In this document: one piece after another, positions 11,901 to 23,900 of the stretch | Layout: each line of letters starts with the position of its first letter | Position numbering within the stretch: position 1 is the first letter of the stretch | From: Owenia fusiformis | Lineage: Eukaryota | NCBI GenBank assembly: GCA_903813345.2 | Contig: CAIIXF020000001.1 | Location: 49,786,001-49,850,000 of the forward strand | Length of the DNA stretch: 64,000 nt | Direction of reading: 5' to 3' | The notes under the pieces: model-generated | Told to the model about the DNA's origin: nothing | What the model saw: only the letters and a program-made list of their open reading frames with translations | Databases searched by the model: none | Made by a program: the position numbers and the translations under genes

Positions 11901-14900
11901 TACTATTTCTCCTGTATATGACCCTTAAACTTCCCAAATGCACGATAGATATGATCTAAACTAGAGTTTTCTATTTTACTGGTTATTTCCCATCCCGTCC
12001 TGAATGTCCTGTCCCGAAATGGATAATTCCCGTCCTGTCCCAAAATATTTTTGTCCCGTGACATCCCTAATGTGTTGTATCCTCTGCCTCTTGTATTTAT
12101 TTAGTTGTATGTCTTAGGAATATAATGCAATCCTATTTAGTTGTTTGAACCCTACTGGCCTGAAGACAATATATCAGATGGACTTAAACGAGGAGAACTG
12201 ATCAGTGGAGCAATTCGAATAAACCCTAGAAATTATGAGGATGCTTATGTACCCCATCCAGTAAGTACTTCATACTTCACAAATTGTACATGTTAAAGTG
12301 ACTCACTGCCTTTATCTGACCATAAAATGCCAAAAATTCATTACAGCCAGTTTCTCTTCAAGAAATGCATGATCGATAGGATCATATATAAACAATTATT
12401 TTGTGTGAATATATAAACTTAAATTTCATATATAGAAAAAATTACTCACATGGTTGCACTTCTAAGTGTACTTTCGGAAACTTGCCGGAATGACAGATAG
12501 ATGGGCTATTGGGCTTAATGTTTTTTGATGTTTGTAGAATGGGCAAATGGATATCTACATCAGTGGGTTGTATGACAGGAATAGAGCCCTCAATGGGGAT
12601 GAGGTGGCAATATTAATCAAACCCAGAGACCAGTGGAAGGTATGTCAGACATTTATTATCTGATCTATTTCTCTAAACATTCTTAACTATGAAATTATAA
12701 CTCTACAGATATTGCTATGGAAATCATGGTGTTGTAATCAAGAAATATATTGTTTTCTCTATGCATGCACTAGGGCAGAGCATTTGTACTGAAAGGAGCA
12801 TTTTCAGTACAAATATGTACTGAAAAATGTACTGAATTTTTAAGTAGTATATTTTTCAGTATAAATATGTACTGAAAAATGTACTGAAATTTTAAGTATA
12901 TTTTTCAGTATATATTTATACTGAAAAATATACTGAATTTTAAGTGTGATTTTAAGTGCAAATATGTACTTAAAAATATACTGAAATTTAAGTGTGATTT
13001 TAAGTGCAAATATGTACTGAAAAATATACTGAAATTTAAGGGCATATTTAAGTGTAAATTTATACTGTAAAATATACTTAGATTTTGAATTACGACATCT
13101 TCCTGACTTTGACATCTATACCATGGATTTTGCTATACTCGAACAACAAAGGTTTGATCGGGCTAAATTTATTGATGGAGAAAATGCAATCAGATATTAT
13201 TACAGGATGCGTCTTAAATAATTAAATCCAAAAACATAACTTATAAAAAGGAAAACACTTGATTACAGTAAACCTAGCCTCTCCAGTTTGATTAGAGTCT
13301 GCTTTAAAGGATGTGTCTAAAGAAACTTTATTAATCCATTAACAAAACAAAATATTTTGACAAGGCCAAACAAACCTGATTACAGAGAGACTCTTTTAAG
13401 TTTGGTTAAAGGCTGCTGTAAAGGAAGCATCCAAAATAATTTCATAATGTAATAGCATTCCTGTTGGGGGGGGGGGGTTCAGGGGTCCAAGCGAACCCCC
13501 CCCCCCCCCCCCGTCCAAAAATTCTTTTAAAATCATGCAATTTTTCACCATTCTAAGAACTTTTTGAGTGATTTAGAGTTTATGAAGTATGCCTTACATT
13601 TACGTTTTCTCTTATTTCCATTATTGGGCACAAATATTTCTCATTGCATATATTTATACTTAAAATTATCCTTAAATTTCAGTATATTTTTCAGTACATT
13701 TTTATACTGACTTTTGCACTTAAATTTCAGTACATTTTTCAGTATATATTTGTACTTAAATTTATCCTTAAATTTTCAGTGCATTTTTCAGTATATTTTT
13801 GCACTTAAATTTGTCCTTAAAATTCAGTACATTTTTCAGTACATATTTATACTTAAATTTGCACTTAAAATTCAGTATATTTTTCAGTACATGAATTTGT
13901 AATGAAAAATATACTGAAAAAAATTCAGTGCATTTTTCAGTACAAAAATATACTTAAATTTGTACTGAAACAAAACTAGTACATTTTTCAGTACATATTT
14001 GTACTGAAAACGCTCCTTTCAGTACAAATGCTCTGCCCTAGTGATGTATACTTCAGAATTTCTCTGAAGTTTGGAGGGATATAGGGAACGCCTCCGTCCG
14101 GCCATCTTGGCCATTTTAGTGCAGATTTTACAGTAATTTAGGTACAATATGTAAAACTGTAAGAGCGATATGTATTAAATGTAACAAAATTATATAGGAC
14201 ATTAATAAAGCTAGTAATGTAGATCTTAAAGAAGCACATGGCAGCCATCTTGAAAAATGGTGGCCTTTACTCGCTATTTTACGATTTTTGCTGTAACTCG
14301 AAAAGTAGTGGAGCGATTTTGTTCATATTTTGTATGTGAATACCATAAGCATGGCACACTGTCTAATGACACTTTTGGTAGAAGGCGGCCATTATAAAAA
14401 ATGGCCGCCATTTTAACGTGTTTTACTATAACTCGAAAAGTAGCGGAGCGATTTTGTTCATATTTGGTATGTGAATACAATAAGCATGGCACACTGTCTA
14501 ATGACACTTGTGGTAGAAGGTGGTCATTTTGAAAATTGGCTGCTATTTTTGCTATATACTTTGTTTGTAATAATGCCAGCCATGGCTGTTCGATGGGATT
14601 TGCTACTCTTTGGCGTTGCTGTTGTGTTAGTTTTCATTGAAATTGAATTCACATGTAAAGTCGAAATTCTTTTATCCCTGCAGAGTGACATTGGGAGGCT
14701 CTCCTAAATTCAGCCACATGTTTTGCTCTGCATATTTTTCTAGCTAGAATAATATTTGAGTTTTTGTAAAAATCTTGTTGTTTTTACCTACAGGTTCTAA
14801 CTGAGAATCTAAAAGCCAAAGAAGATATCACAGCATCCCTCAATAAACTTTCTATTAAACCTGACACAGCCTCAGCCCCATCACATACAAAAAGTAAAGA

Positions 14901-17900
14901 AAACGAACTTGTTGAAACTGAAAATTCTCTTAAACCAAATGAGGAACCAAAACCTAGAAATACTGGAGATTTTACACCAAATAAGACCCCAAATTCACAT
15001 GTTAAATCTCAAGAAAGGCCACAGTCTAGCCAGAAGAAGTCCAGGTATATAACCCTTGGTGACTACAGTAGAGGTGATAATCCAGTTGCAAAGAGACTCT
15101 TCCAAGAGGGGGCTACTCCAGGGCCAGTACTGATGGATGTGCCAGATTCATGTCTCCAACCAACCGCCAGGGTATGTAAGGGATTGGGAGGGGCATCTCA
15201 GATAATGTGTTTTTCAATTTATTCAATTTATGAATTCTATTTTTCTTTCATGATTTCATGTTTCTGACAAAATAATTGAATTAAAAGCACTTTAAGAGTT
15301 ATGACTATTATATGGCCCTCAAATTGGTGGTGGATTGAAATAACTTGTCAATTTGTGAAATATTATATTTTTGTTTTACATGGTGCTCTTGACTCATTAA
15401 TCTGTAAAATATTGTAACAACTTTGTTAAATTGTCTTGGTCAAGATGTATCTGGTAAACCTTAAATAAAAATGTATTAAAAGCCCTTGTGACCCCTCTAA
15501 ATACACATGCAACCCCCTGATATTGAAGTAGACAACGTGGAGGGGGGGGGGGCTGCCCAGAGACTTAAAGCAAGACTATCCAGCTTGAAAGTCATGTTCA
15601 AATTAAAAGACTATAAAAATGGTTTATTTAAATCTCACATATCCATGTACATGTATATAGATAAGTTAATTCTGCTCAAGATGGGTAACAACTATTTTAG
15701 GTTTGTACTTTATTAAAGGCATTCCCTTCTCTCTACAATTCTATGGGTTGGTGATCATGAAAATGGAGATTCAGTTCACTGGTGAATCCAGAGGGGGGCA
15801 TGGGGCCCGGGCATGTAAATTCTAAACTTGGGCCCCCCCTTTGTTGACTTCTGGATTCGCCAGTGCAGGACTGTTTCATATTGGATATAAGAAGTTAAAC
15901 ATTTGAAAGGATTAAATTAAATGTAGTTTACTGGTATACTGTGTATTATATGTTATTCTTTTACAGGTGGTGTTCATACTTGAGAGATGGCACAGTAGAG
16001 CCAGTACAGGCAACATTAAACCCATGCAAGACAAGAATCCTAACTTTGCCCTATTTGTCCCTATAGATCATAGAGTTCCAAGAATAATGATCCCAATGGC
16101 TGACTGTCCCCACAGTAAGTTGTTTCACCATCTCCCTTGTATCTTACATGTACGAATGCGAAATTGATTAATTAAGTTACAATTTGAGGAAAATATGGAA
16201 GCATTTCCTTGACTGGTTGTGACCCATAATTGCTCTTGTTTGTCCATTATCTTACATATAAGCACTGGTTCCAATTTGGATTCAGACTTCTTTATGGGCT
16301 TTACTGAGGATTGATAGTGAGTAAAGTTCCTTACAATAAACCAACTAATGATACGAAAATATTGCACTTCTTCAGACTGTGTTCTCAGGATTTTCACTAG
16401 TCTTGCTTCAAGACCCTGGAACCCCCCCCCCCTCCCTATCTACTTTGTGTTGGAGAAGTAGATAAGGGGGATCCACAGTCTTGAACCAAGACTAGATTTT
16501 CACATACAATTAATTTAGTATGAGTATGTCTCTTTCTTTGCTCCAGAGTTCCTAGAGAGACCAGAGGATCATTGTAACACACTGTTCATAGCAAGGATCA
16601 CTGACTGGGATGAGACGTCAAACTACCCTAGAGGGTAAGACAATATATATAATACTCTCATATTATACAGCAAATTAATCAAAATTACAAAAACAGAAAA
16701 GAATTAAAAAAACAAGAGAGTGGTAACTTAGTACTATTTACATTGCTTCCCTTTTTATTGTTATGACTTTTTTGGTTAAAGAGTCTGAGAGTAGAAATAG
16801 TAAAGCATCAGAAGTTTGAAAATGGACTGTTTTAATCTGAAATAATATGAAAAATCCAGCCACCCTGTTTATTTTATATAAGCAATGCTGGAAAATGTAT
16901 ATGAGTTGAGTGAGATTTATCCAGAGTAATGACTAAACTTGGTTAAAATACATTTATAATCCTTTGTTTAAACCTTTATTAATATTGGTATTGAGGTAAA
17001 ATGTGAATAAAAATTCCAATAATTAGAATCATCTTTAGAGCATACTATTGACAATCATTCAGATCTCAAAAACTTGTGAAGTACTATAATTCAAGATTTT
17101 TGAAATTGATAACATTGAGCTGATAATTGTTTTATGTTGTACAATTTATGTATGCATGATGTTATAAATTAAATGAATAAATTGGCTGTTTATTCTCAGG
17201 AACCTGGCCAGGAGTCTAGGAGAGGCAGGTCAGATAGAACCAGAAACTGAAGGCATGCTAATAGAGAATGACATAGATTATAGTGAATTTTCACAAAAGG
17301 TATCCTTATCTTATTATTGACTTCCAAATATACAGTAGTTGTAAAAATTTTTGCCATTTTTTTCCATCATCAAAAGAGTCAATAACTGCATAAATTATAA
17401 AGAAAGCGACTTAAATTTCAAGTGAATGATATCATTTTCCAATGAGACTAGGATTTAAATGAATTAAGTGTCCACAGAGAGAACTTAGGAATGCAGTATG
17501 CACTATATGAAACTGCTTGGAGAATGGATGTGACTACATTGTCGTTATATTCTAGGCAATAGATTGCTTGCCAATCAAGACACTTCCCTGGAAGATACCT
17601 GAATCTGAACTGAAGGAAAGACGAGACTTTAGAGATGAATGTGTCTTCACTATAGACCCAGCCACAGCTAGAGATCTTGACGATGCTATGCATTGTAAAC
17701 ACTTGGGAGATGGTGAGAATAATAATAACTCTACAGGGGATCTGGAAATTGACACGGCAGGGGCTTAAAAACTGTTTTAATTGAAGTTGTCTTGGAATAT
17801 AGCTTCATCATTTAATGTATGAATAAATGTTTTTCATTCAAACATGATAAAAAAAATATTATGAGAGGAATAGTATATATTTTATTTCATCACCATCATC

Positions 17901-20900
17901 ATTACATTTATTGCTTGTACATGTTATGCATAGCCAACCTGTAATCAAACAGTTTGATGAAATAAAATACTTGTACATATATTTTATGTATTTGTCGCAG
18001 GTCTGTATGAGATTGGAGTGCACATTGCTGATGTCAGTTACTTTCTAGAAGAGGGGACTGAGTTAGACAATGTGGCTGGTAGGAGAGCCACCAGTGTGTA
18101 TCTCGTACAAAAGGTGGGCACCTGAAGAAATTCATAAAATCTGCAGCATTTTCCACCAGCATGATTCAGTACCTGTTCATATTTGCTTTTTTACTATATT
18201 ATTGAAACTCAGTTTATTTAAATTTAGATATTTTTTGTAAAATGATATTTAACCTAGTGTAATGGAGACCTTGATTATCACATTCTCTGTTGTAGGTTAT
18301 CCCGATGTTGCCAAGGATACTCTGTGAGGAATTGTGTAGTTTAAACCCAGCTGAGGATAGACTGACATTCTCTGTGGTTTGGAAAATGACAGAAGAAGGC
18401 GAGGTAATTCTTCAAAACAGTTGCCATTTAATTAACATTTTAATTTAATTTAAGAGAGGGCTGTGTTAATTCATAATAATAACTAGATTTGTGAAATTGA
18501 ACAAGTTCAATTTAAGACTCCAGATTTATTTGACCTAGATAGATCAGTAAAGAGCTGAGTAAGTAACTGAGTAATTAGCTGAGTAAGTACCTTAGTAGTA
18601 GTTGAGTAAGTAGCTGAGTAAGTAACTGAGTAAAAAGCTGAGTAGGTAGCTGAGTAAGTAGCTGAGTAAGTACCTGAGTTAGTAGCTGAGTAAGTTGCTA
18701 AGGAAGTAATAACTAATTAAGTAATTGAGTAAGTAGTCAAATAAGTAGCTGAGTAGGTAGAGAGGTAAAGTAGGGTATGCAGGAATTTTTGAAAGTATAT
18801 TTGATCAATCTGCATCGTGAATACTGGCAAGTGGAATTTCAAAGTTCAAAATGGCGTAGAATCTAAACCGGGGGTCGGATTGCAATTTTAATTTCAGATC
18901 CGGATTCCTGAGGAAATTCTACCCCTAATTCATAACTCATACTTTAAAATTGGAGAACTTTTTATTTTGACCTACATTTCGGACACCATATCTCAAAAGT
19001 GGGTCAAAAAACTTTTTGACGGCAAAATGTTAACATTATTAGCACACTCTTTGCTACAAGTTTACAAAATTTCGGAGAATATCATTGAAGTGTAGTGTCA
19101 GAATCGCAAAATAAAAAAAATATGAATTTGACCTAGATTTTGAACTAGGTATTTTGGTGTCCAAACTTTGAAGGACAGTAGCTTTTGAGGTCCCCTTCTT
19201 CTATGGGCTTTCATTATGTTTAGCTGTACTCATTCTATATCTCGTATTTTTATACTTCAAAAAATTATTCGGTCCCATTGATTTAACATGGGGCACCAAA
19301 TTTATAAATTTATATAAATTTGACCTAGGCATTTTGGTGTCCAAATTTTGGAGCTAAGTAGCCTTCGAGGTCCCCTTCTTTAATAGGCTTTCATTATATT
19401 AAGCTGTACTCAGTCTATATCTCGTATTTTACACTTCAAAAAAATCTTTTTTTCCCATTGACATAACATGGGGCAGCAAATTTAGCGATTTTTGAGCTTT
19501 CAAAACACCATAACTTCCGAACAGGAGGTCGAATCAAAATTTGATTTGCAGATTCGGATTCCTGATAAAATTCTACCCCTTATTCATAACTCATACGTTA
19601 CATTTGAAGATTTTTTTATTTTGACCTACTTTTGGGACACCATATCTCAAAAGTGGGTCAAAATACTTTTTGACGGCAAAAGGCTAACACTATTAGCACA
19701 CTCTTGGCTAAATGTATACACAATTTCGAAGAATATAATTAAAGTGTAGTGTCAGAATCGCAAAAATAAGGAAAAGCTTTGAATTTGACCTAGATTTTGA
19801 CCTAGGCATTTTGTTGTCCAAATTTTCAAAATTAGAAGGTTTTGAGGTCCCCTTTTTTTATGGGCTTCCATTATGTTTAGCTGTACTTAGTCTATATCTC
19901 GTATTTTACACTTCAAAAAAACATTTTTTCCCATTGACATAACATGGGGCACCAAATTTAGCGATTTTTGAGCTTTCAAAACGCCATAACTTTCGAACCG
20001 GAAGTCGGATCGAAATTTGGTTTGCAGATTTGGATTCCAGAGAAAATTCTATCCTTAATTCATAGCTCATACGTTAAATTTGGAAACTTTTTATTTTGAC
20101 CTACTTTTCGGACACGCCATAACTTCCAAACCGGAAGTCGGATCGAAATTTGGTTTGCAGATTCGGATACCTGAGAAAATTCTATACTTAATTCATAACT
20201 CAAACGTCAAATTTTGAGAATTTTTTATTTTGACCTACTTTTCGGACACCATATCTCAAAAATGGGGCAAAATACTTTCTGACGGCAAAAGGCTAACACT
20301 ATTAGCAGACTCTTAGCTACATGTATACAAAATTTCGAAGAATATAATTAATCTGTTGTGTCAGAATCGCAAAAATAAGGAAAAACTTTGAATTTGACCT
20401 AGATTTTGACCTAGGCATTTTGATGTCCAAATTTTGAAGCTAGATGGCTTATGAGGTCCCCTTCTTTTAAAAGCTTTCATTATATTTAGCTGAACTCAGT
20501 CTATATTTCGTATTTTTCACTTCAAAAAATCTTTTTTCCCATTGACTTAACATGGGCACCAAATTTAGCGATTTTTGAGCTTTCAAAACGCCATAACTTC
20601 CGAACGGGAAGTCGGATTAAAATTTGGTTTGCAGATTCAGATTCCTGAGAAAATTTTACCCTTATTTCATAGCTCATATGTTAAATTTGGAGAATTTTTT
20701 GGTTATGACCTACTTTCAAGACGCCATATCTCAAAATCGCTAAGAGTAATCAAAAAACGGATGGCACACTCTCGATTTGTTTTTTTCTAAGCTACATGTA
20801 GAAACTAAGATGAAGTAGTTACGACAAACAACAACGAAGATAATTGACAGAATGTTGATTTGACCTTGATTTGACCTAGTTCTTGACCCTTGACCTAGAT

Positions 20901-23900
20901 AAAAATTTGACCTAATTTCCCATCATCCCAGGAACTGCCCCTAGTTGATCATGTAAGCAGCTTAAAGTAAATTCTTTTAGTTGGTGAGAAATCTGGGAAG
21001 GAGGAAGATTCTGAAAGAATAATAATAATAATAATAATAATAATAAAGAAAACTGACGAAAGCAATAGACTCCAGATTTTCATCTGGAGTCTAATTATAA
21101 TATTATAAAGACTCGGACTCTACCTAAGTTGTATTCTGTATATTGTAGATTCTGGATGAATGGTTTGGACGCTCAGTAATCTGCTCTTGTGTAAAGATGG
21201 CATATGATCATGCCCAGGTAATTAAGTTACACTATTCACTTTTAGGCAGTTTCATTTGTAGTCATGTTTCATGTACTTGTTTTATCATTTTATATCTGTA
21301 AATTGAAGATGATGTTCAAAAATATTATATGTCATAGGCGTAGCCAGGGAATATGAGAGGTGTGAACGCATCCCCCCAATAACTTATAAAAATACATCCA
21401 TTAGATAGAAGATGAAAATAGCTTTTAAATGCTTTTTATTTACCCTGCGTGCAGAGTCTAGTTAAACTACACTCTGCCTAGTAGAGACCATATTACTGTT
21501 TAGTAGCCCCGCCCCCACGACGGGTACCGGTGACAGTTTGAGTAATAAATCACTTCTGACCCACGCGCTGACCTTTCTTCCACCATTCAGCGAGCTTGAA
21601 GAAACACACGCCAAATGCGTTCTAATTAAATATGCTCATGTCATTGGTCAATTCCGGGCTCAACGATGACATCAGAAGGAATGACCATATATAGAACGTC
21701 GGTCAAATTTGGCCGACGAACACTGATTGGCGCGGTGAGTTCACAGGTTTATTTTAGTTTGAAAGAGTGAAGACGAAGCTCTCTTTTAAGAAGTGAAGTC
21801 AAACGAATGCAAAGGGTACTTTTTCTTTGAAGCTTCAAGCTCAATTGTGAAGGAAGTTGCATCAAATCAAATCTTTTTTGGCTCGCTTGATTGGTATTTC
21901 TGTGTTTGAAATAATTCATGCTTTCATTTATTTTATTCAGGGTTTCATAGAGAATCCTGATAGAGATTGGACAAGGGAAGAACTGCCTCCAATTCTAGAG
22001 AAATTCAAAGTAAAAGAAATCAAAGAAAAGGTTCTCAATCTGGATAAGGTATTAATATTTCTGATAGTTGTTATTTATAAAGAAATAAATGCTGATTCTA
22101 ATCATGCGTATACAATGCGTATTCAATTCTAATCAATGCATATTCAGAATAATGTATTGAATACTAAAATATCCTCTTAAGTATCTCAACTTGTAGAAAT
22201 GGTCGGGTTTTTCATTTTCCATATTATTGGTATGTGAAATTGTATGTAACCTATTTAATATATAATTATGTAATAAATATATTCAATATTACAAATCTAC
22301 ACTGTATCTATGTACTTAGGCATGAAAAACAATGCATAATCTCCAGCATTCCAAAAGAAGCTGATTTCATTATGGTTACCTCTCAACAAAATTAACCTCA
22401 TTATTCCACAGCCGTTGCATTTGAACTTATAAAGTAAAAACGAAATCTCAACGTTGTTGTTTTCCAGATAGCTAAACAGTTACGTAAACAGAGATTTGAC
22501 CAAGGTGCCCTGAGGCTGGACCAAGTGAAGCTGAGTTATGCTCTAGACAAAGAGACAGGGATGCCCTGTGGCTACTCTGTATACCAACAGAAAGACAGCA
22601 ACAAGTAAACAAAATTACAGTAACTTAACTTGAAAGGATTAGTCACATTCACATATCAGTTTTATTTCTGTAGCTTTAATGTAAATCATTAGATGAATAA
22701 ATATATTTATTTGGGGTTCTTTAGGATCAGAATTACAGAGACTGTCCATTTAAGCATGGTGTACTTTCGATTTGTATTTTTATTATTACTTAGTATTGTA
22801 CTTACAATATTTGTCTGCTTCAGATTGATAGAGGAGTTCATGTTACTGGCTAACATGGCAGTTGCACATAGAATCTCTAAGATGTTCCCTGAGAAGGCCC
22901 TCTTAAGGAGACATGCAGCACCCCAAGGCAAGATGATGGAGGAATTGGTAAGATCATAACTGCCATCCATAGGTCCAGGCTATAGTTAATGTTGTGTTGA
23001 TATTACACAGGACCCATTGTCCCTAGAGTAACATGACTGGTACATGCTGCCTTTTATAAAACTGTAATAAAATAAAAGTGTTTATTACAGGCTGATGTGT
23101 GTAGTAATATGGGTGTACCTATAGATGCCTCTAGTTCTGCAACACTACATACTTCTCTACTGAAGTATGTTGGACCAGATGTGTACTCGCAGGCCAGGAG
23201 TCAGATCCTCACAGTATTATGCTCCAAACCCATGCAGGTATATACAGTAGGACTGATAGAACCCAGGAATGGCATTTGTCTGATTCACATAGATTCTGTT
23301 TATTTGGCAATATTTAATTTTGCGAATTTTTAACCAGAAAGTAGAATTATCACATACACGGAATGAAATTGTATCAGGAATAATATTTTTGCAAAGAATT
23401 ATCAGAGGGCTAAATTTAGGGGTGAACAAAAACTGAAATGTATTTTTTTTAAATGTGTTATATTTGATATTGTTAAAGCATCAGGCATAATTACTCAGAA
23501 ATTAAAGTCCAGTAAAGACATGTGTTGAAAGTTCTAACCAGAGATATATAGTGTTTTATGTCTCTGATCTGACTGAAAACCGATTTTGTGTGATAATCTT
23601 AATACACCTCCTCCAAAATTTGGCAACGGGAAGTACCCTGTGGACTAATTGTTCACGCCTGTTTATATTTTATGAAATATTTCATACTTATTTCGAATAA
23701 AGTTCAACAAATCCACTTTTTGATTAAATAACAATTTTAACAAAGTCATTTTCCGACCCTTTGTAATTGAGAAAAAAAGATTAAAACATTAATGGTCTTT
23801 AACATACTATTCAGTGGGAACTTTCATAGGGAAGTGAACAACACATGCTGTATTCAGATGTTCATAATTTTTCTTGTTCATACTTTAGATGGCTAAATAC

